DNA of 64,000 nucleotides from Nitrospiria bacterium (GTDB taxonomy: Bacteria; Nitrospirota; Nitrospiria; SBBL01; JAADHI01). Each line of letters begins with the position of its first letter. Position 1 is the first letter of the stretch. The stretch lies in contig CALZIJ010000001.1 of the NCBI GenBank assembly GCA_945787655.1, positions 1,726 to 65,725 on the forward strand. Direction: 5' to 3'. A program made the translations under genes and the position numbers. Below are positions 20,757-29,114 of the stretch, piece by piece. Under the pieces are notes generated by a model. It searched no databases, was not told the origin of the DNA, and worked only from the letters and a program-made list of their open reading frames with translations.

Positions 20757-23700
20757 TTAAGACAACTCTTCATCCGCGCGAAAATATCGGGCCTCAGGGT
20801 GATGAAACACCGTCGCAGAAACCGTCGCCTCCGGCTCCATCATATGCCCGTCTGTTAAATTGACACCGATCCGATCCGTGACATTTAAAAGTCGGAACAG
20901 TTTTTCCTGATCCGCCAGATCAGGACAGGCCGGATAGCCAAAACTCACGCGAATGCCGCGATATTTGTTTTTCAGAACATCTCGAAGGGTCATGTCTTCC
21001 GGGTCGGGAATGCCCCAATCCGCCCTGATTTTTTGATGCAGCCACTCCGCAAAACCTTCTGCACCCTCAATGGCAATCGCTTGCAACATGTGAGACCGTA
21101 AGTAATCGCCCGCATCTTTCCAGGCCGTCGATAATTCCCGAACCCCGCGTCCAAGCGTGACGACAAAAAAGGCGACTGAGTCCATTTTTTCGGACCCGGT
21201 ATCCCGGCAATAATCGGACAAACACAGGTAATCGCCTCGGTTCTGCCTCGGAAAAGCAAAGGTTTCCAAAACCGTTTTTAGATTGTCCGGGTCGTAAATC
21301 AAAAGATCATTTCCTTTCGCCTGACAGGGGAAATACTGATAGATTCCCTGGGCAGATAAATATTCTGATTTTAGGATTTCGGCTTTCATGGCCTCTACCG
21401 ACTGATAGAGCTTCTGGGCCTTTTCATCCCCTTCTTTTAAGAGCCGGTCAATATTGCCTTTCAGGCCCAAATGATTACCATAGAGCATCGCCGGATTAAT
21501 AAAATGAAACAAGGTTTCAAGAGGCCCTTCTTGAATTAAATGGGGTTTAAAATCCGGCGCATTCGGGAGCGGGAGGTCACGGCGGATTGAGGACACACGG
21601 CGCATGCTCTCCTCTGTCGGCGCCTCTGCCTTTTTTGTCAGAGAACTTTGATTTTCAGCATGCCCTTTTTCCACTTCCGCCCGAATTTTCGCCAACAGCG
21701 TATCTCGGCCTGTCTTGTCTGAAAGCTGATTGGCCAACGAAAGACCATCCATCGCGTCTTTCGCATAAAGCACAGGGCCTGCATATTCGGCGGCGATTTT
21801 TAAATTGGTGAACCGTCGGGTCAAAGCGGCGCCTCCGACCAAAATGGGAAGTTCAATGCCGGATATTTTTAAGTCCTTGGCCGTAATCACCATTTGATGG
21901 GCTGACTTCACCAGAAGCCCGGAAAGCCCAATCATGTCGGGCTGGTTCACACGGACCGCTTCCACTAGGGTTTCAGGAGGCACTTTTATACCCAGGTTCA
22001 CGACCTCAAACCCGTTGTTGGACAAAATTATTTCAACGAGGTTTTTTCCGATATCATGCACATCCCCTTTCACCGTTGCCAGAATCACCTTGCCCCGGCT
22101 CGCCGTTTCTGACTTCTCCATGAACGGTTCAAGATGCCCCACTGCCGCCTTCATGGCCTCGGCGGATTGCAAGACTTCGGCAACAATCAACTCGTTTTGA
22201 TTAAACAGGCGGCCCACTTCACTCATTCCAGCCATCAACGGCCCGTTAATAATTTCAAGCGGCGGACTCTCTTTCATTTTCAAATCCAGATCTTCGACCA
22301 GCCCGTCTTTTGAGCCTTCCACAATATACTGGGCAAGTCGCTCATTTAATGGAAGTCTCGGTTTATCTTTGGCCGGTACGGCTTTTTTGGTTTTAAAATG
22401 TGCGGCAAAAGCGGCCACGGGATCCTCACCCCGCCAAAACAACAGGTTTTCGGATAACTCGCGCTCCAGCTTGGGGATCGATGGATAACGCTCCAGCTTC
22501 TCGGAATTGACAATCGCGTAATCCAAACCCGCTTTGACGCAATGATAAAGAAACACGGCGTTGAGAACTTCCCGACCCGCAGGCGGCAAGCCAAAAGACA
22601 CGTTGCTGATACCGAGAACGGTTTTAACCTCCGGGAATGCCTCTTTAATTAAGGTAATGCCTTCGATGGTTTCTTTCGCCGACCCAATGTAGTTTTCATC
22701 TCCGGTACCCACGGGGAATACCAGCGGATCAAAAATAATATCCTGAGAGGCAATACTGTATTTTTCAGTCAGCAAGGCATAGGACCGTTTTGCAATTTCC
22801 AGTTTTCTTTCCCGTGTCACCCCCATGCCCTGGTCCGGGTCTTCATCGATACAGCCAACCACCACCGCGCCGCCGTAGGATTTAAGCAGAGGAACGATTT
22901 GCTCGAAACGGCTTTCTCCTTCTTCAAGGTTAATGGAGTTGACGATACTTTTACCCTGACAGTGCTTGAGCGCAATTTCAGTTACTTCAGGGTCAGTTGA
23001 ATCAATCATGATGGGGGCTTTGACTTTTTTATTCAGCTCCTGAATAAACGCATCGAAATCAGCCACTTCGTCGCGGTCCGGATTGGCCATGCAAACGTCA
23101 ATGACCTGTGCTCCGGTTTTTACCTGTGCGCGTCCGATTTCCGCACCTTCTTCAATCTTCCCATCGACAATCAGTTGTTTGAATTTTCGGCTTCCAATCA
23201 CATTGGTGCGCTCGCCCACAATGATCGGCCGGTTTTCATCCTCGATTTGTAGAAAATCGATCCCGGAAACGGTCGTTTTCAAAACAGGGTTCGGAATGCG
23301 CGGCGGCTTGTCTTTGACCATTTTGGCGATTTCTGAAATGTGCGCCGGCGTCGTGCCGCAACAGCCGCCAATAATGTTGACCCATCCTTCATCCACAAAA
23401 CGGGCCAGTTGCTCGCTAAGCGACGCGGGGGTTTCTTCGTATTGGCCTTCCTCGTTGGGCAGCCCCGCATTGGGGTAAACACTGACCAAACAGGCGGCCA
23501 TGCTGGAAAGGGAACGGATGTGGTCTGTCATAAATTCCGGGCCGGTGGCGCAGTTTAATCCGATGGACAAGATCGGAAAATGTGAAAGTGCGGTGTAAAG
23601 GGCTTCCACGCCCTGACCCGCCAGCATCGTGCCAGTCGGTTCAATGGTGGCGGAAATCATCACCGGAACGGACACGCCCAGCGTTTTTTGTGTTTTCAGG

Positions 23701-24224
23701 ATGCCGATCATACCTGCCTTGATATTCAGTGTGTCCTGTGCGGTTTCCAGTAACAGGATGTCGGCGCCGCCTGTGATCAGGCCGTCGGCCTGTGCGGCGA
23801 AATAATCCACAAGCTGATCAAATGTGACCCCGCCGGTTACCGTAATGGCTTTGGTCGTCGGGCCCATCGATCCGGCGACAAAACGCGGGTGGTCTTTGGT
23901 CGAAAATTTTACTGCGGCCGCCTTGGCAATTTGCGCACCCTTTTGGTTGATCTCGATGACTTTGGATTCAAGCCCGTATTCCGCCAAAACCAGTCCCGTG
24001 CCGCCAAAGGTATTGGTCTCAACAATATCCGCGCCTGCTACAAAATAGGTTTCGTGAATCGATTGAATCACATCCGGGCGCGTAATGTTGAGGTGTTCGT
24101 TGCACCCTTCCAGGTCCGGACCGCCAAAATCCGCGTCGCTGAGGTTTCTGTCCTGTATCATCGTTCCCATTGCGCCGTCCATGACCAAAATCCGTTTGCG
24201 CAATATGTTTTGAATCTCATTCAT
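20757..24224 (-). CDS. metH: cobalamin-dependent methionine synthase
   Basis: All four modules are present: Hcy-binding (LVMDGAMGTMIQ), pterin-binding, B12-binding (GDVHDIGKN) and the C-terminal AdoMet reactivation domain. Length is 1155 aa. Confidence 0.95.
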   Translation of the reverse strand: MNEIQNILRKRILVMDGAMGTMIQDRNLSDADFGGPDLEGCNEHLNITRPDVIQSIHETYFVAGADIVETNTFGGTGLVLAEYGLESKVIEINQKGAQIAKAAAVKFSTKDHPRFVAGSMGPTTKAITVTGGVTFDQLVDYFAAQADGLITGGADILLLETAQDTLNIKAGMIGILKTQKTLGVSVPVMISATIEPTGTMLAGQGVEALYTALSHFPILSIGLNCATGPEFMTDHIRSLSSMAACLVSVYPNAGLPNEEGQYEETPASLSEQLARFVDEGWVNIIGGCCGTTPAHISEIAKMVKDKPPRIPNPVLKTTVSGIDFLQIEDENRPIIVGERTNVIGSRKFKQLIVDGKIEEGAEIGRAQVKTGAQVIDVCMANPDRDEVADFDAFIQELNKKVKAPIMIDSTDPEVTEIALKHCQGKSIVNSINLEEGESRFEQIVPLLKSYGGAVVVGCIDEDPDQGMGVTRERKLEIAKRSYALLTEKYSIASQDIIFDPLVFPVGTGDENYIGSAKETIEGITLIKEAFPEVKTVLGISNVSFGLPPAGREVLNAVFLYHCVKAGLDYAIVNSEKLERYPSIPKLERELSENLLFWRGEDPVAAFAAHFKTKKAVPAKDKPRLPLNERLAQYIVEGSKDGLVEDLDLKMKESPPLEIINGPLMAGMSEVGRLFNQNELIVAEVLQSAEAMKAAVGHLEPFMEKSETASRGKVILATVKGDVHDIGKNLVEIILSNNGFEVVNLGIKVPPETLVEAVRVNQPDMIGLSGLLVKSAHQMVITAKDLKISGIELPILVGGAALTRRFTNLKIAAEYAGPVLYAKDAMDGLSLANQLSDKTGRDTLLAKIRAEVEKGHAENQSSLTKKAEAPTEESMRRVSSIRRDLPLPNAPDFKPHLIQEGPLETLFHFINPAMLYGNHLGLKGNIDRLLKEGDEKAQKLYQSVEAMKAEILKSEYLSAQGIYQYFPCQAKGNDLLIYDPDNLKTVLETFAFPRQNRGDYLCLSDYCRDTGSEKMDSVAFFVVTLGRGVRELSTAWKDAGDYLRSHMLQAIAIEGAEGFAEWLHQKIRADWGIPDPEDMTLRDVLKNKYRGIRVSFGYPACPDLADQEKLFRLLNVTDRIGVNLTDGHMMEPEATVSATVFHHPEARYFRADEELS

Positions 24225-24319
24225 TTCGCTTCAACTGCCTCCGGGTTCAACCGGCCTTATTGTATCAGAGGATGTCTCTCTCTGCACCTTCCCTTTTTGC
24301 TCATCATCATTTTCCTTGC

Positions 24320-24348
24320 TTGACATTCAGGAAAGGGGTCGATAGAAT
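24320..24348 (+). promoter_or_regulatory. near-consensus sigma70 promoter for tRNA-Asn
   Basis: TTGACA (24320-24325), a 17-nt spacer, then TAGAAT (24343-24348), 10 nt before the tRNA 5' end. Confidence 0.65.
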
Positions 24349-24358
24349 CCTGCCACAT

Positions 24359-24433
24359 TCCCCAGTAGCTCAGTGGCAGAGCAGACGGCTGTTAACCGTC
24401 TTGTCGCTGGTTCGAATCCGGCCTGGGGAGCCA
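24359..24433 (+). tRNA. tRNA-Asn (anticodon GTT)
   Basis: Acceptor TCCCCAG pairs with CTGGGGA. The D-arm is AGCTCAGTGGCAGAGC, the anticodon loop is CTGTTAA and the T-arm is GGTTCGAATCC. CCA is encoded. Confidence 0.93.
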
Positions 24434-24442
24434 GTTTTTATG

Positions 24443-24475
24443 AGGCCGTTTTCCAGATTTGAAAACGGCCTTTTT
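24443..24475 (+). terminator. rho-independent terminator after tRNA-Asn
   Basis: An 11-bp stem forms between AGGCCGTTTTC and GAAAACGGCCT with a 7-nt loop, followed by TTTTT. Confidence 0.8.
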
Positions 24476-24553
24476 CGTCAGACTTTTAAAGACCCTGGTT
24501 TGACATTTTTTTAGGATTCAAGCTACAATCGCCGACTTAACAAGGGATAAGAG

Positions 24554-24868
24554 GTGATGAAGAACGGTTTTTATTTACGTTATTTGGCGGTTCTTTTTAT
24601 TTTCAGCGTGGTGTTTTCCGGCTGTGCGACTTTTGGGAGCAAGGTTCAACTGGGAGCGACACAGGAAGAAGTTGAAAAATTGTTAGGAAAACCCAAAGAA
24701 GCGCACAAACGCTGGCTCGCCTATGATAAAACGCGGGAAGTCTGGGTATATCATGACAACAGCCCCAACATTAAAAACCACCTCTACCCGGAAACCCATT
24801 TTATTGTATTTAGCCAGGGGAAAGTCGTGGCCAAAAACCCCGGTAATCCCTATGCGCCCCTTAAATAA
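24554..24868 (+). CDS. small lipoprotein, BamE (SmpA/OmlA)-like
   Basis: The lipobox is VFSGC. The LGATQEEVEKLLGKP...WVY pattern resembles BamE-type domains. Confidence 0.45.
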   Translation: MMKNGFYLRYLAVLFIFSVVFSGCATFGSKVQLGATQEEVEKLLGKPKEAHKRWLAYDKTREVWVYHDNSPNIKNHLYPETHFIVFSQGKVVAKNPGNPYAPLK

Positions 24869-24912
24869 AGCGTTTTTTACACGAGAGACCTGAACCCCAT
24901 ATAAAAATGATT

Positions 24913-24988
24913 GGCGGCGTACCCAAGTGGCTAAGGGAGCAGTCTGCAAAACTGTCATTCAGCGGTTCAAATCCGCTCGCCGCCTCCA
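24913..24988 (+). tRNA. tRNA-Cys (anticodon GCA)
   Basis: Acceptor GGCGGCG pairs with CGCCGCC, with discriminator T and an encoded CCA. The anticodon loop is CTGCAAA and the T-arm is AGCGGTTCAAATCCGCT. Confidence 0.9.
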
Positions 24989-25068
24989 TTTTTTCTTCCT
25001 GAGCTTTTCTTTCTTTGCCCTGGCCGTCACGCATAGGTCTACAGCCAGGGCATTTCCTAAATGTACGA

Positions 25069-25668
25069 TTAAAAATAAAACCGCAGGATCGCTTTTGTCC
25101 GAATATCACTTGTGGTTTGTTTAATCACTCTTTCTGAAAAAGGGGTCGTCACAAAGCCTCCGGTATTGACTGTTTTTTCCTTGCCGTCCAGTCGTGAATA
25201 TTGATACGCAATATCCGAACCCAAAGACACACCCGGCACGAAAAAGTATTCAAAACCCAGTGTGGGTGCAACAAAATAGCCGTCTAACTTTGTCGTTTGA
25301 GAAACGCCCGAAGTTGAACTGAAACTCACGAACTTGGTCTCTTCTTGAACGTAGCCTGCCCTTGCCCCGTAATAAAAAACTGTTTCCGAAGTTAGATTTC
25401 TTTTATGAAAAATTCCGAGCCCCAGTTCATAGCGCATGAAATCACCTTCAAAACCGCCCGGTTGCCCGTATCGGCTGTTGTCATTTTCAAACCAAGATAT
25501 TGTGGGTTCGAGGGTCACTGCCTTCAAGACAATGGGCGCATACACCTGAAAGGATGCATCGTCTATACCGATGCCCAAACCCGTTTTGAGTTCGGAAGCC
25601 GCGGTGTGATTTGAAATTGAAACCCCCATAAACACAGCAAACAGAAACACCATTTTCTTTTTCATCAT
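25069..25668 (-). CDS. small outer-membrane beta-barrel protein (OmpW/porin-like)
   Basis: It has a signal peptide, alternating aromatic beta-strand patterning, and a C-terminal RFYF. Confidence 0.6.
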   Translation of the reverse strand: MMKKKMVFLFAVFMGVSISNHTAASELKTGLGIGIDDASFQVYAPIVLKAVTLEPTISWFENDNSRYGQPGGFEGDFMRYELGLGIFHKRNLTSETVFYYGARAGYVQEETKFVSFSSTSGVSQTTKLDGYFVAPTLGFEYFFVPGVSLGSDIAYQYSRLDGKEKTVNTGGFVTTPFSERVIKQTTSDIRTKAILRFYF

Positions 25669-25880
25669 AACTCCTTATCGCAGGAAGACCTTCGACCGAC
25701 ACGAAGTAAAAATGGCCTGCCGGGGGTCTATATCTATTTGAGAAAGTGGGAATGAAAGGAAAGAAATCATGCCTCTCCAATGAATGTTTTGGAGAAAACA
25801 CGCGGGTTAAATATCACATGGCACAGAAAAATTCAACTTAATCAGGAAAATTTTTAATGTGGTATTCAAGGGGAAAAATT

Positions 25881-26210
25881 CTACTTGGGGGGCAGGGTTC
25901 GGTTAAACCCTTCACAAAGCGACACCCAAATGTGAAGATCCGCATCGGATTCAAAACCTTCGGGAGCGACATAAATAAAACCCTTCAAGGGCCGACCGGT
26001 GAAATCCATTTCACGCGCACATGGACGGCTCAGGGCTTCTTCATATTGATCAGGCCCCACACGGGCCATGAGGGTGTCATTCACAATGCCGCAGCACATA
26101 TGCCCGCGCAGCATAAAGGCAAGTCCGCCAAACATTTTTTTCTCCACAACGCCCTGCCGGTCCATGAAGATTTCTCGAAGCCGCTCAGCCAGGCCTTCAT
26201 CGTAAGGCAT
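25881..26210 (-). CDS. TfoX N-terminal-domain-only protein
   Basis: KKMFGGLAFMLRGHM...LMARV...Y..VP matches the TfoX_N pattern. At 109 aa it has no TfoX C-terminal domain. Confidence 0.7.
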   Translation of the reverse strand: MPYDEGLAERLREIFMDRQGVVEKKMFGGLAFMLRGHMCCGIVNDTLMARVGPDQYEEALSRPCAREMDFTGRPLKGFIYVAPEGFESDADLHIWVSLCEGFNRTLPPK

Positions 26211-26416
26211 TTCCAGAATGCACCTTTCTCCTTGGAGTAATTTTGAGAAGAATACAGTAACGTTTAGCGGTTTTTTTTTAAAGTATTTTATGAAAAAGTT
26301 GATGCGTTATTCATCGTCTATTTAGGGAGCGCCGCTAAAAAGGGCCCTCCAAATCTATGCCTTATAGACAGAGGACCCCCTTAAATAAGCATACGCGTTC
26401 AGGCGGGAGCGGTTCT

Positions 26417-26683
26417 TTACAAATTGTTAATTGTATTTCTAAGCTTCAAGGCCAAGGCCGCCTTGTTGGATTCTTTCGCAATGTTGCCCTGAATCATTTC
26501 ACGCAGATAGGAATTGGTGCCGACTTTGTTTATTACATTGGAAAAAAAATGATCATTCTCTCCAACTGATGTAATCTCCTTGAGAGACTGAATTAATTCG
26601 GGCTCAAGATTGACCGAATAATCTCCCACGCGCAGATACGCGGGATAGATTGGATCATGCCGTTTTTCAAAGGTGATGTTCAT
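26417..26683 (-). CDS. hypothetical protein (88 aa)
   Basis: This is an isolated ORF in an AT-rich stretch with no motif I recognise. Confidence 0.35.
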   Translation of the reverse strand: MNITFEKRHDPIYPAYLRVGDYSVNLEPELIQSLKEITSVGENDHFFSNVINKVGTNSYLREMIQGNIAKESNKAALALKLRNTINNL

Positions 26684-26898
26684 AAATCCTGTTCTCCTCT
26701 GGATTGAAAATCAGACTGAAAAGACCTTGTTCATACGTTAGTATAGCAAGGAATTATTGGGGGGCAAGCCATTGGCAAGCGTCCATTTGTCCGAGGTTGC
26801 TGGATTTAAACTTCACTGAGGAAAACAGGCGTTTTGTGGGATTTGAGGCCTTAAATTTGTAGAATATATATATTATTTAAAAAATATATATTCAAAAC

Positions 26899-28629
26899 TT
26901 ACCATGCGGCTAATTTCAGCCGCTGAGGCGCGGTGTTGATGGCCCCGTTCTTTTTCCGGGTTTTAATCGGATTCCCGGATTGATCCAACAGGTGAAAAAG
27001 GAGCTGCTGATTTTTAACATCAATATCGATCCGGGAGAAATTATCGGCCTGCGTAAACCCCCAGGCAGCGTAATCCATTGTGCCGTTTCCTTCCGTCAAA
27101 TTAAAAGTGTCGCCATTTTTCGGATCCGTCGAATTATGCACATAATCTGCCGGATTGCCATCTGCAAAAGGGAAGGGCCAATAAAATGCCGATGACGTCA
27201 GACAATAGGCAGTAAGATCATTGGCCGGGCCATTGTTAAATGTCATTTTGGCCACATTGGAACAATGGACATCACCACTTAAAAAGACAACATTTTCAAT
27301 GTTATTTTGAACGATGCAATCCAGTATGGCACGCCGGGTGTTGGGAAAGCCCGGCCATGAGTCACTGTCTTCTTTGTTTTTGTAACACTCCCGCGTCGAC
27401 TTGACCGTATTGGGCACAAAAACCGAAGAAGAAACAATAAATTTAGGCGCATTGCCTCTCAGATTTTGCTGAACTTGAAGCCAATGGAGTACACGTTCGA
27501 GCTGACCCGGCTCGGTGGGGTGCTGGGCGGGCCGCCCCAAAAGATGATTATCATCCAGGCCTTCCTGTGCATCCTGAAAACGCTGTGTCCGCGTATCCAG
27601 CACGAAAAAGGGGTAACCTTCACAAAGAAAGTCATAATACAATATCGAAGTTTGAGGATGATACAGCGCATCCTCGACCGCGGAAAGCTTCTTTTTGGGC
27701 GGCGGCACGCAGTTATTCCAGGATCGGGGGCCATGACTCCACTGGTAACTCATATAGGCCCCGATCGCCAGATTGAATAAAACCCGCTTCTCTCGTTTTT
27801 TATTGATCCGGTCCTGTGTCCAGTTATCCTCGATTTCGTGATCATCCAAAGTCATGTAGGTGGGGATTTTTCGTAAAAATTCCCGCATGTTTCTTGATCC
27901 GAAAGCCGTGGTATAGCGTTCCTGAAATTCTTCGTAGGTATCCGCAAGACAAATCGGTAAACGGTTAAACATATCCGCATAAATTTGATCTCCCACCATC
28001 AGCGAAAATCGAACGTCTTTTAGGTGGTCCCGAAGCATCGGGGCGAAAATCCGATCCGCCGCTTTGCGTTTCCAAAGCAAACCGGGATAGCGGCACGATC
28101 CCAGTAAAAAGCTGATCCCTGTTTTGGGTTTGCCATCCGCGGGCGGTGCCGGAAAGGTTTTAAATTCCGCTTCCACGTAGGCATCGGGCATCCGGTTTAA
28201 TACATCCGCCCAATTTTTCGGGTCAGGCAAACGAGAAACAAGGGTTTTATCAGGAACATCGTAATCGTTATGAAAGGCATCATCCACGGTTAAAGTTGAT
28301 AGGCGCACTTTGTACGAGCTCCCCGGATTTAGCCGATAAGGGGCGATTGCGTTCTCACTTTTCAGTGACTTGAAAATGCCGGTTTCCAAACCCAGATTGA
28401 ACGTACCTGTTCGATTGTGTCCCCGGTGAAGACGAAAATAGGAGAGTGAATCCGTATCAATCGTATTATCCTCTTTTTTAACGACACCGATAATCCCCAG
28501 TGTTCTCCGGCCTTCACTTTGTTTTTCATCAACACTATCCGGGTTGGATGCGGCAATCCACAAGCGACATGACTCATGAGTGGTATGGCCGACAATCGGC
28601 CCAAGGACGGGTTTTCTCAAAGTACTCAT
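26899..28629 (-). CDS. PhoD-like metallophosphatase/phosphodiesterase without an export signal
   Basis: Calcineurin-like/PhoD motifs are present: GSCRYPG, MVGDQIYAD, LDDHEIEDNW and FLSGDVHCS. No twin-arginine or Sec leader is visible at the N-terminus. Confidence 0.75.
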   Translation of the reverse strand: MSTLRKPVLGPIVGHTTHESCRLWIAASNPDSVDEKQSEGRRTLGIIGVVKKEDNTIDTDSLSYFRLHRGHNRTGTFNLGLETGIFKSLKSENAIAPYRLNPGSSYKVRLSTLTVDDAFHNDYDVPDKTLVSRLPDPKNWADVLNRMPDAYVEAEFKTFPAPPADGKPKTGISFLLGSCRYPGLLWKRKAADRIFAPMLRDHLKDVRFSLMVGDQIYADMFNRLPICLADTYEEFQERYTTAFGSRNMREFLRKIPTYMTLDDHEIEDNWTQDRINKKREKRVLFNLAIGAYMSYQWSHGPRSWNNCVPPPKKKLSAVEDALYHPQTSILYYDFLCEGYPFFVLDTRTQRFQDAQEGLDDNHLLGRPAQHPTEPGQLERVLHWLQVQQNLRGNAPKFIVSSSVFVPNTVKSTRECYKNKEDSDSWPGFPNTRRAILDCIVQNNIENVVFLSGDVHCSNVAKMTFNNGPANDLTAYCLTSSAFYWPFPFADGNPADYVHNSTDPKNGDTFNLTEGNGTMDYAAWGFTQADNFSRIDIDVKNQQLLFHLLDQSGNPIKTRKKNGAINTAPQRLKLAAW

Positions 28630-29009
28630 TTACAACTCCTTCACATCAAATGATTCTAACCTGGCGCGTGACATAATTTTTCCCTGGCTTCATAGTAAAG
28701 ACCAACGTCATTCAGGACAGCAAGACTTATGAAACTTGTTTTTCTCATCAAAAGCGGTGAACATCTGATTTTGTACCAGTTGGCTTCAAGTAAGAACTCC
28801 ATCGTTAAATAAAACAATGACTTTTTTTCAAAAAACCTGTAAGGGATATCTGAGCAAAAATTTGACTGAACCACGTATACAGAATCCCTCTTAAAATTGC
28901 AAGAAAACTCCTGTGTTTCCGTTCAAGCGGTTTTCAATGACAGCCCTTTTCCATAAAATAAACGAACCCGATACCGCATAAAAAAAATAAGAACTTCCTT
29001 TATTTTTTA

Positions 29010-29037
29010 TTGACAACGTTGCACAATTGGTTATGAT
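29010..29037 (+). promoter_or_regulatory. sigma70-like promoter upstream of the mltD-like gene
   Basis: TTGACA (29010-29015), a 16-nt spacer, then TATGAT (29032-29037). Confidence 0.45.
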
Positions 29038-29114
29038 TATGGTTGCTGTGGTTTTGTTAAACCACGTGGGGGAGCACTACTGGTTTCAACTCTGATATAG
29101 ATAGGAATTTCATC

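Noticed and set aside
24225-24319. Cobalamin or SAM riboswitch upstream of metH
   Set aside because: The leader is under 100 nt before the divergent tRNA promoter. It contains no B12-box-like (GCCACUG) or SAM-I/II core sequences.
24683-25109. Two minus-strand ORFs (24683-24958 and 24861-25109)
   Set aside because: They overlap the tRNA-Cys gene and the BamE-like CDS and have no coding signatures.
26862-26893. AT-only inverted repeat GAATATATAT...ATATATATTC just downstream of the PhoD-like stop codon
   Set aside because: It is low-complexity (TA)n-type sequence. The pairing is AT-only with no U-tract, so it is more likely compositional than a functional terminator or operator.
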